DNA of 54,968 nucleotides, filler included, from Bipalium vagum (GCA_037834085.1; 3 parts of 3 records of this genome joined end to end with filler, not necessarily neighbours in it); one strand, 5' to 3'; counted from the first letter of the whole stretch, positions 1 through 13,335 are shown. Numbers and translations are program-made. Notes: generated by a model not told the origin, from the sequence alone.

Positions 1-399
1 GTTTAAGTATTTTTATTTTTATTGGATTAATAAAATTTTTGAAACTATGAGTGACTTCATTGAAATAGCTGCTAACACTATTCATGCTTTTGTGTTTATT
101 TTTACTTTACTTTCTCCAGATAAAATATTGTCACTACAAAAAGAAAAAATTTGAAAAATTAAAATAGTTTATAGATATAGCTCATTCTCAGATAACATCA
201 CTAAAAGTATTGAACTTCTTTTCGGTCTGCAAATTCGACATCTAAAACTCAATCACCGAAATGCAGAATTATTTATTCCAAAAACTCTTACTATCGTAAA
301 ATTTAAAGATTCACATGTTATCATGCTATAAAAGTGAAATTGAATTCAATTTTAATCTGCTGGATTGCCTTAATTTAAAACGTCTTGGGAAGGTGTTAC

Positions 400-760
400 C
401 ACACAAATTTAGGTGATGAGGAATCCAAGCAACTAATTTTTTTAGGAAAACCCATTGATCGAAGATGACAGGCGATTTTCAATCCATTAGAATTCGTCTT
501 CTTAGCCATTTCTCTACATGTTTCACTACTATCCTCCATCAAAATCAAGTTTAATTTGTCTTCGTCGAACATGGATGGCCAACCACTGCGTTGTCTTGAA
601 GATTGAAATTTAATTTTAAGAATTATCTAAACCAATCCGTAGTCGAACTCCAAGACATTGCGCCTTCTCATTACATAGCACATATATCTTGAAATACTTC
701 GCCAAATTTTTGGCCTTTGTTAAAAGTAAATAAAATTAAATGTTGAAAATGCTGTTTTAA
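400..760 (-). mobile_element. Decayed mariner transposase fragment (HTH region to WVPHEL-like motif)
   Basis: Minus-strand translation across frameshifts gives FDEDKL..EDSSETCREMA..HLRSMGF.KK..WIPHHL, matching the mariner N-terminal HTH and WVPHEL linker. Confidence 0.65.
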
Positions 761-1063
761 CCACTTCTTATATCTTTTCTAAAGTTTAAATGTTTTAAAA
801 TTAAAGGATATTGAATATGATTACTTTAATTTTTTAGAGCTGAAAAAGAAGATTAAAAAAATATACAAATAGTGATACATAAAAATAGTACAAACCAAAC
901 AGAAATTAATAAAATCATAGGAATTTGTTACAACCCAATACACAGAAATAATAAAAATATCAATAGATAACTCAAAATTTATTAATATTTTTATCTAAAA
1001 TTAAAGAGTAGAACAATATGAAACTGAGTTACACTAAAATTATACATTTAATGAAGTGCTAAC

Positions 1064-4000
1064 TTTTTTCGTTTCTGAAGGTTTTAGCTTTTGGAAAGCT
1101 GCAATTTGAGCGCGCAAAGAATTATCTGCAGCTTTCAAAGAAGTATATAATTCCTCAGTTTCATTATACTACAATATATTTCTACTCTTTACAAAATAAT
1201 AATTTGAATACTTTTTTTTGAAAATACTCTTTTTGTTCAACTTCCAACTTGTATTTATTCTGTAAATTGTTCAGACGAGATGTCTATAAATTTAAATAAA
1301 AAATATCAATTTTTAAAATTCTCACTAGATGCTTGATTTTCTTTTCTAAATTCTGTAGATTATATGCTTCATCCACAACAGATATTCCAGTGATGATACT
1401 TTTCTTTTTAGAATCATCATTGGCTGATGTAAGAGCATAATTGTTAATGCAATTATCAACATTATAATTGTTTGATCTTAGTGATGCCAATATATCAGTT
1501 TCATCCTTCCACTGAGGGCAAACATCCTCAAGATAATTCGACAATAATAAATTTTTAATAAAAATTTAAAGAATATGTATAAACTCGATTCACAATTATA
1601 TGCCAAAAATATGAATTTTTAGCTTTCATACTCCCCGGGATTTTAAAATTAACAAGACATCTGTTTTAAAAGTTTGTTTTATTAAAAAACAAAAATAACA
1701 TTTAAGATGAAATAGAAAAAAAAATATAAATAATCTCAGCTTTAGCATGATGTTTTGGTTTCGATTAATTCTTAAAGGTATAGAAAACCAGATTTATTTC
1801 ATGTTCCAAACATTTCAATTCAATTAAATTTTTTCCGAAATATCTTTTCTTCAGTAAAGACCAACAACTTTCTATTGGTTTTAAATTCAATCCATTGTTA
1901 CAGATCAAGTAGTTATCTCTCACATCATAAAAAACTTTCTTAGCTATAACGTAAGCAAAAATCTGACTGATAGACTAAAATGTGGTTAGAAATTATTTTA
2001 AGAGCAACAAATATAATCAAAGCTCAAAGATTTTCATCAGAGTTAGCAGTAAAAGCTAAATGTGATATCAGTGACACATCACAATTATCAATATTTATCA
2101 GAAGTAAAGATTTAGATATTAATATTAATGAAGAATTGGCTTCGCTAACGCCGTTAACTGGAAGAGCAACAGGTACAATGAACAAAAATTGATTATAGAT
2201 AACTTATCAATTCCATTGCAAAAAATTGTTTGCATATCAACTAATGAAACATCAGCTATATTAAGCATGAATGTAGGAGTTATGGGGTTAATATTTAATG
2301 ATTTTAAAAACTTTACGGAAGAGAAATATTTGATAACCATTGTATAATACACCAACATACTCTGCGTTCAAAAATTTTAGACATTCAAAGTATCACCAAA
2401 CCTATTATAAAACTAGTTAATTTTATCAGATCACAAGTCTTTAATCAACGACAATTTATAGAATTAAAAGATTTTTAAAATAAATATCATTATGAAATTT
2501 ATTACACAGAAATACTATGGTTAAGTAGAGGTGCAATAGTAAAAAGAATATGACTTGAAAAATGAAATTCAATTGATTATGTATAAGCAAGATCCATTCC
2601 CATACTTAACAACAAAGAATGAATGTTGGACTGGGCATCTGAAGGACTGAACTCTGGAACTTCAAGAAAAACATTATTTCATACAATATATAAATGATAA
2701 GCTTATAGCTTTTGCAAACCACCTCCAATTTTCGAAAAAACAGCTTTTGTCTAACAATACATCATATTTTCGATACTTGAATAAAAAATCTCATTAAACA
2801 AAGAAATATGAGCAAAAACATTAATAACTGTATTTGATTCAAGATTTAAAATATTTAAATTGGAAAACACAGTTCTTATATTTAATTTTTTTTCATCGAC
2901 ATTTGATAATGTGGAATCAGTTGCAGATGAATTACAAATGAAATGATAGATTTACAAAGTAATTCTGATTTGAGGAATAAATTTAATAATGTTGACGTCA
3001 AACCTTTTTACCAACCCTACATGATATTTGAAAGGCTTACACGATTAATTACGCATGCAATGCAAATTATGACATATTTTGGCATACTTGAAATTTTTTA
3101 AACGTATGTTTGAGAGCAATTATTTTCCATATTGAAATTAATTATGTGACGACTGTTGACCCACGATTGGAAAGCTGTATGCGAGTTACTGTGTCCCCAA
3201 TACCTCCTAATATATATAAAATAGTTTCAATGAAGCAATCTAAAATTTCTCACTGAAACTATTTTCGATTACAATCAATCTAGAAGTTTTCTTAATGTAA
3301 CAGGTTGTGTAAAAAGAAATTTCGATTTTGGACATAAGCTTTAATAACAATTGTCATACTATTATTATCAATCGGTTAATAATCATAATTACAAGTTATT
3401 TTTTGAATAGATTTATTAAGTGATAAAACAAATTATCTTAGACCTAAAAATTCATTTTTTATTAAATTTTAAAAATAAGTTTATTTTTAAAATTTTCTTT
3501 CATACTTTTTAAATATTTTACAATAATTAAAAAATTCCCCATGTCAGATTAGCCTCCTCATACCCCGTTCTCAAAATTCTTTTAATTTTCTTGATATTCC
3601 TCTCAATTCTTTTTCCGTTTGGCTTTTGTAAGACGTATCTTCGGTCATGAACTTTTAGAACGATCTCATATGGTCCTTCATATCTTTCATTTTCTTTTCC
3701 TTGAGTTTCGGTCTTCACTAGCACTTTTTCTTCTACAGCAAATGTCCTCTTTGCATTATCTTTTATTTCCGAAATCTGTTTCTCAGATACCTTATATATT
3801 CTATCTCTGTAGATCTTTCTACCAAACACCATTTCAGTCGGACTTATTCCGATTGTTTTCTGTAGAGCAGAATTTGAGCAAATTGTACTTCGGTAGGATC
3901 TCGGCCCAGTCGTTTGTGCCTCTTTCGCTTAAAGTTGCGTACAACAAATCGCGCACGTTCATGAATTGTCTTTCTATTTGACCATTTGTGTTGTGATGGT

Positions 4001-7000
4001 ATGAACTCAAAAAACAGAGATTGGTATTAACTTTCTTTACAAAATCTTTCATGTCTTTAGATTCAAATGCTTTACCAAAACCTACATTTATTGTTTTTGA
4101 GTTTCCGAACTTCAGTATTCAATTATTCATAATTATCTTTTGCACCGAGCTTTCATCTTTTCTTACAATCGTGGTCAAAGAAATATATTTGCTGTATTTA
4201 TCTATAGTACCAAGGATATATTTTTTTCTTCCGGTAGTTTCTCTTAAAGGTCCACATTTATCTATATATATGTCTTCAAAAAGTTCTAACACCTCTTCTT
4301 TCTGAACCTCTTCCTTGGTTCTCGTTATGACAAATTTATATCTCTTACAAGCTCCACGCGTTTTAATTATCTCCTGAACTTTTTCCTTCAAATTTGGAAT
4401 TGAGTAATTTTCTTTCATATAATGGGCCACTTTTTAAGCTCCAGCATGTGCCAACATTGCGCACTTGTATCACATTTCAGCCTTGACAGCATATCTGCAT
4501 TTGAATGTGCGATCCCTTTCCTGTATTCTAATCTCGTGTCTAAAATACTGAGATAATTGATAGAGTTTGAAATTGTGAGGTAATTGGTTTCTTTGCTGTT
4601 AGCATGAAGGTTATTGCTTTGTGATCCGAACGTTATGTGAATCGTTTACCATAAAAATAATGGTTGAGATGGTTACAGAAGTAATACACAACCAACAGCT
4701 CTTTCTTTGTCACACAGTAGCCTTCTTCATCAGTGTTCATTGAATGCGAACCATATGCTACCACTCTTTCATGACCATTTGAATCTTTCTGTGACAAAAC
4801 TGCACCAATTGTGTCGAAACTCGCATCGGTATCAAGAATGAATTCTTTATTCATATCTGGAAAGCATAATATTGGACTGGATATTAGTGCCTCTTTTATT
4901 TCTTCAAAAGCTTTATTTACTCCTGGTGTCCAAATCAATTTCTTATTATTAATTCCGCATAATCGTTCCATAGCTTTTGCTTTCTTTGCACACCCTTTTA
5001 TGAATCATCTAGTATAGTCATTGGATATACTTAAAATGCTCCTCAGGTATTTTTTTACATATTTTGGTTGCCTAAATGTTCGGATAGCATCTATTTTTGA
5101 TTGGTCTGTTTGAACACCGTCTTTGTTTACAATATGGCCGAGGAATTTGACTTCCTCTTTTAATAATTGACATATCTCGGGATTAATTCTTAACCCAGCT
5201 TCTTTGAAGTTCATTAAAACCTGATTTAAGACATTTTAATGTCTTTCTAAACTGCTCGTAAAAATCAGAATATCATCTAGATATACCTCAGTTCCTTCGA
5301 TTTTACTGATGACCTTTGCCATTACTTCTTGAAACGTTCCTGGTGCCGCTGCAATGCCAAATGGCATTCTATTAAAACAATACTGTCTATCTCTAGTAGA
5401 AAAAGCAGTATTCTCTTGTGAATCTTTGTCCAATTCAACTTGATAATAAGCATTACCCAGGTCTATTGAGCTAAAATAACGTACGCCACATAACTCCTTT
5501 AACATTTCGTCAACGTTTGGCCTTGGAAATGCTTCTCTTTCGGCCACTGCATTAAGTCTTTAAGTCTTCTAAAGTCGAGACAAATCCTAATTTCTTTCTT
5601 CTCTTTTTTCCAAACGCATATCAATATGTTCCGCGGAGAAATACATTTTCTGATTATTATCATAAAGATTCTTTATCGTCTCTTTTATCTTTTCTTCTAA
5701 ATTCATTGGTTGTTTGAATGGTTTTAAATTAATTGGCTCACGGTTCGTTTTTATTGTATGTTTTGTCAGATGGGTACACCAATATCCCATTTATCGGGGA
5801 TGAACGCGTCTTCGTTTACCTCAATTATCTTTCGTAATTTACCATCTGCATTAACATTTAATAATTTCAATGCTCTTTTCAACCATTCTCCTTTCTGCAT
5901 TGCTCTACCAAATCTTCCTTCTACATTACACAGCGTATTGCTCAAATCTTACACCTCGTTGGTTTTACTTGATGCTTCAAAACATATCCGAATTTTTTAA
6001 GAAACTCCATACCACCTATCAATTCATGGGTGACACTTTCTACAACTATGAATTTCGAAATTGACCAACGCTGACCTCTACGTTTATTGACCATCTTGTC
6101 TCTAAATAACTTCTCAGTTTTTCACCATACTGTTGAATCTAAACACCTGTCAGTTTCTGGGCAATCTTCGTATTCATTACATTAATTCCTGTTCCGTATC
6201 CAATTGAATACCCAATTCAAAATCCTGCACCTTACTCTCACACATGGAAGTCCATGCCTTCTGTCATACGAAATAACTGTCTCTTCACTTTCTGCAATCG
6301 CATCCACTTGATTACAATCTTCAATCTCAAACTGCTTCTTTAAAAATCTGTTAACCTTCTCTGCCGTTCGCGTAATAGTGGAGCCTTGTCTTTTTGGTAC
6401 ACTGATGTATTCTCACATTCTTCTCTCATGCAATCTCCTTTCGATATCACATCAATATTCTCACTAACCGCATTAATTCTTTTATTTCCATTCATCCTCC
6501 GATTACGTTCGTAAAAGTTTCTGTTTCTTCTCTGACCTCTATTTAGATTTGTGCAGCACTCAGATCCAAAACATGTGTGAAGTCTCTTCACCGGACAGTT
6601 TGGCTTATATGTCCGACACGTTTTTTCACCTCCAACATTCTATTTGTCTTTTTGTTGGGTAAACGTTTGCCATTTTTGCAAAAAGTCTAGTAACACGTGA
6701 TGCTAGTTTGACTTGCTCTACGAAATCATATATCCTGCTTCTTGTCACAAACATAAAATAAAATTAATTCATCGTAAGTCACCATCTGCTTTCATAACCT
6801 TAAGCAAACGTTTAATTGAGTGAAACCCACCATACTTTGCCCATACGATGAAGATGCTTTGCAATGGTCTTATGTTAGACTTTGAGAATTTTGGTAAGTT
6901 CACGTACTGTTTGAGAGGGTTCAGATGCTAGTCATAGTCAAAAGCTAGTGGACGTACACCACGAGGTTTTTATCTTCTAGTCCAACCATACGTTCTCTAA

Positions 7001-8654
7001 CACTGCCTCAGCAAATGCTTTTATAATGTTACTGGCTGCCTGAAATGCGAAATGGTTCAGGTTTAACTCAATACATAAATATTCTAGTTTTCTCAGAATT
7101 CATGATCATTTCAAATTTTTGTATAATAATCAATAATCTATTTAGAGTGGTATAACAAAACTTACTAATAATTTTAATTGTATTTTAATTAAATACAAAA
7201 CTTATTTCTTTAAATATTTTAAAGATTAATTATCGATTACAAAAATTTTTACACAACCTGGTACTATACGTTATTTTGTTTTACAAATCAATTTCAGATT
7301 TTCATGTTACCAATTAAATTCAGAAAAAAAAGAATATTAAGTCATTCGAGAAGCTAAACAAGACAATGCTTTTAATAAAAAAAATCAGAGTATTTTAAAT
7401 ATAAAAATAAAACAAAATTTTAATTTGAAAAATTGTAATTACCTTTAACTTTCGTATTTCCGTAACAATAGACTTCGAATACAATTCCCAGAGAATTGGT
7501 AATGGTATCCAAGTTCCTTCATTTTTATCATAATAACAATGTACATTTTGTTTTCTCTAAAATTTAACAAGCATTGTATTTTTGTGATATTCATTAAATT
7601 TTGTCTTGAAATGATTTAATGTAAAACAAAGTAATAGTTCATATTCATGATTATATTTTTTTTACTCTTATATTTCATAATTAAAAGTAAATATCCGAAG
7701 TACATAAGAATTAAACCTCAAATATATATGTTATAAATTCTCCTTTTCCGGGAACTTTAACTATTCCTTCTCTGTCATCTTTTATTCTATCATCATTTTT
7801 TTTATCTAAATTAAACTATTTTCATGGTAATCTGTAATAAAAAAATCAATATAACTTCAGCATCTCGAATTTCCATATCATCTACAACTAATACACCCTT
7901 TTCATACCAATCTTTAGGAAAAGCCAGCCATTGCTAAATTTAACATATTTAAGTTATATTTTAAAATTATTTACTCCTGATTCAAACCCATCTAAGTAAT
8001 ACCTTTCATTATTCGTAAAAATACAATAATAATTTTTTCCTGATTGATGGTAAAACGTTTCAAAAATAATTTCATCAGGATTCTGAAATCAATAAAAAAA
8101 ATTTTTATTATTTTTGATCTAAGAATACAAAGTTGCTAAACAGATAATCACACATAACCATAAATATTATTGCATTTTATTAAATTTGCTTGTATAATGA
8201 ATATAGCAAAATTAGTTTGAATTATATAAAAATTATTTTTACGTAAACAGAAATAAATAAAAAGTAATATTTGGAACAACTTTGAAAACAATAAAAAACT
8301 GTAAAATAACACCAAAAATTTAAATATGAAAATATTTGCTTTCTGTCAAAAATATTTTAAATAATATTTCAAATAAGCTAAACCATGAAAAAGAAAAAAA
8401 ATACAGATTTACAAGAACGATAGATTTACACTCACTTTATATATTGAATGAAAAGTAGCTTATCAATCATTTTGGTAATATTTCAAGTCATAAAAATTCA
8501 AAATACTTTTCAAATTATCATTAAATTTTTTTTACAAAGATTAATTTTTCAAAAATAATTATTTTACCGTTTCCTGATTATTTTCAGCTTTCCTTTTATT
8601 ACTTACTAATAACGAATGGTTTGACGAGTCTGTTCCTGGTATATTCGTATGATT
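1064..8654 (-). CDS. Multi-exon host gene: two Trp-rich repeats + UBA/CUE-like motif + coiled coil; possibly the N-terminal half of an invertebrate kinesin-14-like protein; start and end not resolved
   Basis: Eight phase-0 exons join into one open frame: 8654-8568, 8082-7975 (NPDEIIFETFYHQSGKNYYCIFTNNERYYLDGFESG), 7933-7856 (QWLAFPKDWY..), 7815-7717 (..DDREGIVKVPGKGEFITYIFE), 7556-7443 (RKQNVHCYYDKNEGTWIPLPILWEL..), 1526-1326 (DVCPQWKDETDILASLRSNNYNVDNCINNY..), 1259-1212, 1168-1064. All exon lengths are multiples of 3 and introns are GT..AG (several 40-43 nt). The kinesin link is recollection only; no motor domain is seen in the window. Confidence 0.75.
1750..3256 (+). mobile_element. Decayed hAT (Buster/SPIN, GTF2IRD2-like) transposase
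   Basis: Broken ORFs give CDISDTSQLSIFIRS..EELASL.PL.G..TG (cf. DESTDISDTAQL), HCIIHQ at ~2340, YTEILWLSRG (cf. VRWLSRG) at ~2505 and the typical C-terminus PNIYKIVSMKQSKISH* ending 3256; many stops and frameshifts. Confidence 0.85.
3300..7261 (-). mobile_element. Mariner element with both TIR ends, interrupted by a Gypsy relic
   Basis: TA|aCAGGTTGTGTAAAAA at 3300 and TTTTTACACAACCTGg|TA ending 7261 are inverted copies flanked by TA. Decayed transposase at ~7105-6770 (QAASNIIKAF, QTVRELTKIL, KHLHRMGK..WV, MVTYDE). Confidence 0.75.
3527..6720 (-). mobile_element. Decayed Ty3/Gypsy LTR retrotransposon (gag knuckle-PR-RT-RH-INT)
   Basis: Zn-knuckle remnant ~6590-6640; LDTG-like protease ~6200; RT (FSSIDLGNAYYQ, RMPFGIAAAPGTFQ, YLDD) 5236-5547; RNase H (LDTDAS..IGAVL) 4633-4971; integrase (SYHHNTNGQIER, YEGPYEI) 3527-4430. 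RT-RH-INT order is Gypsy-type. Multiple stops and frameshifts. Confidence 0.93.
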
Positions 8655-8749
8655 CTGATTAATTTTTAATTTTGACATTGACTAATAATTTATAATTAAC
8701 TAAAAATATTGATTATAGTATATAAATATTTTGATATACCATTTATAAA

Positions 8750-9560
8750 TTAATTTAATATTTCACTATTTAATATATCACTGAGTAGGCAGATTTTTTT
8801 CATGTCCAAAAAAGAAGACCAATTTTGATTTATGGCATGGAGCTCTGTCTTGTTGAAATATATTCTCTGAATCATATATTTGGAGCAATCTCTCTTCAAT
8901 ACATCCTTGTAGGCATCAGAATTCATCCGATCCGACACCTTACCAGAACTCTGGGGCCATCTTCTTTAATTGCACCCCAAACCATGATACTATTACCTCC
9001 GAATTTCACCGTTTTCGTGGTATATTTTGGACTATACCTTGATCTTTGCGGTCTGCGGACGTATTGTCTTCTTCTAGAGAACCGTTCTATGCGACTTTCA
9101 TCAGAAAAAATCACCTCATTCCAAAAAGAAGGAAGCAGTTTGCTATAATCTTTGCACCACTTTAAACGATTTTCTATATGTCGCTCGTTTAAATATGGTT
9201 TTTTCGCTGCAATTCGTCCGGATAAGCCATACTTTCTCAGAATGCGTTTCACATTACTAAGTGAGTTAGTTTGGCTTGTTTTCAAATTGATAAAAAGATC
9301 AAGTGCTGTTTTCTAGGAATTTTTCTTTGACATCCGAATAAGTGATCTTTCTGATCTTTGTGTATTTATCGGTCTACGACCACTTTTACTTAAGTTTCTC
9401 AATTTTCCATGTTGTTGCAGCTTCCGTATCATATGATGAATAGCATTCCTTGAAATATTGAGTTCATTTGAAATTTTCCTCTGGGACAAACCCTCTTTCA
9501 ATTTCTTAATCACCAGTTTCCGAATATCATATTTAACAAAAGAATTTCTAAAATTAAAAA
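8750..9560 (-). mobile_element. Truncated, decayed Tc1-like transposase
   Basis: HTH (GLSQRKISNELNISR, KSGRRP), AAKKPYL, VIFSDES, TVKFGGNSIMVWGAI, MNSDAYKDVL and an FQQD-like motif; frameshifted, C-terminus missing. Confidence 0.88.
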
Positions 9561-10686
9561 AATATATTACTTAAGCATTAGCAAAATGTTGTACATATAA
9601 ATTTTATTTATCCTTAAAATAGTTTATATATTTAAATGACATCAAAATTTTAAAAACGCCTTAACATAACAAATCTATTTTAATAAATATAAAATGATTT
9701 TTTAATGAGTTTTAAAGCTAACATAAACATATTTTTAAATTAACATAGATCGTAAAAGTTTTAATATAATTGGTAATTCAAATTTTCAAATCCTTTAATT
9801 GAGCAATTCGAAAAAATAAAAATTGAAAATCTTATGAGAAGAGTTTTATAGGATTTAAAAATGTAATATTTATTTTTATCAATTTGTATTTTGCTTATAA
9901 TTTATTCCACATTTCTTATTAATTGATAATAATAATGATAGGATGCCATAATGTTATTAATATTTTATTTCTTGACAAGAGAAAAAAAAATTATTTCTTT
10001 ATCATTAAAAAAAATGTTTTTTGATAAATCACTGTTTTCAAATCATTATACACAAAAATAAATCTTTCATTTTGGGAGGCTTCACATATAAATTATCATT
10101 AGTAGACTTCAGCTTACATCCTTAAGTGGACTATCCAGGTCGATTAAAAAACCCATATATCCCAAGTTTAAAACACCCCGGTACAATCTTTAAAATTAAG
10201 ATGAGCATTTTATACTAACTTTGTGTACACTAATCGACAATTTCTTTTGCCTAACGATAATTTCTAATTCTTATAAATGGCAATGATCTCTAACTTCAAA
10301 TATGAAAATGGTTTTTGAATAATTCAGATCGGCCAAATCATACAAGGAGCCTATTAAATGACAAATTTAATAAAGGAAAATACTCTTCTGCCACTGAGAC
10401 ACAAAAATAAATATCTAATTCCAAAGCCTTAATTTAAGATATTTATAACTTTTCTTGTATACATGTTAAAATATTATCTATAATAGAGAACGTTTTGATT
10501 TCAGAGTAACCACTTTTAAAAGGAGGATATAGTGAACAAGTATCAAATATGATTCGAACAAAATTGTTGTAATACTTTAAAATATAGTATGAACTGATAT
10601 CCAAACACAAAATAGTTATTTTTATTAAATTAATTAATTGATTTTATTTGAACTTCAAATTCCAATGGGTTCTACAATATATATAT

Positions 10687-10956
10687 TTACAAATTAGAGT
10701 GAGACCAAGCATCCAAAGCATTAAAGCAATCTCCAGATTGTTTGGTATTTGCACTTACTAGCTCTTTCATCCAGTCTTGAAAATATTCTTTTCGCTTTTT
10801 AAATAATAAATATTGTCCAAGGACAACGTAGGCCTTATCATAACCCTCGTTTGTTAGTTTTTTCCCTAGAACGTCACCGATACCAGGAAGGTCTGTAACT
10901 GGTTTTTCACCCATGGGCTCAGAAATAAAATTTGTGTGTTTGACACTAGTTGACAT
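10687..10956 (-). CDS. BANF1: Barrier-to-autointegration factor (BAF), 89 aa, intact single coding exon
   Basis: MSTSVKHTNFISEPMGEKPVTDLPGIGDVLGKKL..GYDKAYVVLGQYLLFKK..FQDWMKE..ANTKQSGDCFNAL.AW matches the BAF family over full length. A tattttag acceptor lies directly before the ATG (probable 5' UTR intron). Confidence 0.97.
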   Translation of the reverse strand: MSTSVKHTNFISEPMGEKPVTDLPGIGDVLGKKLTNEGYDKAYVVLGQYLLFKKRKEYFQDWMKELVSANTKQSGDCFNALDAWSHSNL

Positions 10957-12109
10957 CTAAAATACGCAAACAGTAATCAACATTGTAATAAAAAAGAAAT
11001 ATTTTTTCAATAATTATTTGAAATTTAATGGAGATTAAAATCACAATTGATAAATAAAACAAATATTAAAATAAAAATAAATATTTTAAAATGATATGAA
11101 ATTTTGAATTAGTAAATTATTTTTTTGTGATTACAATAAATATTTGAAGAAAATTTAAGATAAAATTTAAGAAATAATCTTAATATTAACAGTATTTCAA
11201 ATTTAACAAATTTTAGTGAATAACATTCACAATAATTTTCAACTCTTGTTCTTATATTAAACTAATTTCAAATTAATCATTAATTTAATATAATTAATTT
11301 CTTAAAAATATTATTTTTTATTACTTTTCTATTAAACCTTATAAATGATTGACTTCTTATCCTTAGTTATTAATTCTGTTCAAAGAATCGAAATTGTAGA
11401 TTTTATCTTTAAGGCTAAGACTTCAGGTATCTCGATATGATTATTGACTCCAAGCTAAATTAGAGAAACTAATATAACTGATTCTTAAGATGATGACTTC
11501 AAACTTACAACTGGCGTTTCTGAGGTATCTGGAACTTGAAGACTGGTGGATATATTAGAATTGGGTTGATCCTCACATTGGTTATGGCATACCTGAAAGC
11601 TCCTGATCCATGAAAATATATTTTGGATCCATATTTTTAGATGTCCTTACAGAAGCTCGGTCTCAATCGTTTATAGTATAAAAGCAATGGCTTCATTTTA
11701 CATGTGGTTAAGGTTGCCTATCTCCCTTTGTTGAATATTTTAAGGATGGTGTGATAATAATTCTGTCTCTTTTATGATCTGACTCCTTTATGTGAAGGTA
11801 ATGTACCAATGACAGAATTGTTTACCAGGTGTTATGATTTTAACTAAAGGTTGTTTAGTTTATAAAGATTTATTTTTAAATATAAATATTTCAAATGACA
11901 ACGTTTTAAATATGAATCCTTTTCAATATATGACAATAACACAAATTTGTACAAAATATTTATGTCCATAATAAATAATGTAGAAATTAGAATACCGAGA
12001 TTAAGTAATTTTGAAGATATATATTCTTATAATTGTATTCCTTGGTTAAAATTGATAATATAAAAATTCAACATGCAAAAAAAGGAGGAGAAAAAACAAA
12101 GAGTTAATA

Positions 12110-13335
12110 ATTAAGGCAATTTTTTTTAACCCAAAAATTTTTTTTTAATTTATTATTAAAAATTTTAATTTTTAGCGTACCTTAATACCTATTATGGCAA
12201 AATCTTTTTTAACTTAAAGAATTTTTTCAAACTTTATTATTTAAATTTTTAACCTTAAAGTACACAACAAAAGTTGTTTATTGTATTAAAATAGTCCGTT
12301 ATACGCGGCAATCACATAATGGCGTACATTATGAGGATCAAAATTCTGATCTTTGCGAACGATATGTTTAACAATAGAAAAGCTTCTCTCCACAGAGCAT
12401 GATGTTGGCTGACATGATTGAAGCAGAGCAAAAGTTGCAGATGTTACGTCATCTCTATTCCTCTTGATAATTGCACTAAGATCGTTGTTTGATAAGCGCT
12501 TTTCAATGTTTGCTGTTATATTACATGGATCATCCTGGAAAAAGAGTTTGGCTAGATCTTCTACAGCTTCGTGAATTTTATATTGAGTGCTCTTAGCTTT
12601 TACTATTAGTTTGCTTAAACTCTGGTATTTTTTTAGCTGAATAAGTTCTCCAGCCAAACTGCTGTTTGATACAGATTGCTTTGCGAGAGAAATAAGTATC
12701 CCTTTGTCTTCAAAACTTTCCACAATATGCCGAACAGTAGGCAAATATTGAGCATACCAGACATCTGCGTTTAGCCATGTACCACAAAGTTGTGTCAATA
12801 CTGACTGTGGCGACTGACCTATAGCAGCAAACTGCAAACGGTGACCTTTATTCTTAAAAGTTACCATTTTGACACAAGAAATAGCATCCTCAATTGCAGG
12901 AAAGTGCCAACGACGGCGCATTGCTCAGTTATACAGAAGGTGGCAGATACATGTTACATGAAACAGTTGGTTATACATGTTCTTTAATATAGATCCGGCA
13001 AGAATTATATATTTTTCTGCACCAGTTATTAAAAGAACAAAGTTCTGCCTGTGTGTGGCAAGAAGCCGTCAACGTACTGGCATACGCTTGCACTATTAAC
13101 GTTATTGGGTAAAGGAACGCAATCAAGTAAATATGTTGTCAAAGTAAGTAAGATATTGTCAAAAATGATTTAGTAGAACATGCTGCCTTCTTATTATTGT
13201 GCTTACCAGATTGACGATGGCTCTCTCCAAAATGACGCTTTTCATGTTTTACAATGGCGTCGCACAATTTGAGTACAGTTGATTTGTAGGAGTAGCAATA
13301 AATTCTGTCGGGTAATCAATAATGCTAGAGCCGAA
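12110..13335 (-). mobile_element. Internally deleted hAT transposase relic with CGGBP1-like N-terminal zinc finger
   Basis: N-terminal YPTEFIATPTNQL..KLCDAIVKHEKRHF.ESHRQSGKH (~13320-13190), FHVTCICHLL (~12960), dimerisation-type QPTSCSVERSFS in ORF 12286-12921; repeated TTTTAACC subterminal motifs at 12120-12260. Confidence 0.8.

Noticed and set aside
3619-6064. Plus-strand ORFs over the first Gypsy (and minus-strand ORFs over 40778-44429, plus-strand 19025-19333)
   Set aside because: Antisense shadows of the real coding strand.
11400-11830. PSHKGV resembling an RNase H motif
   Set aside because: Single short motif with no supporting context.
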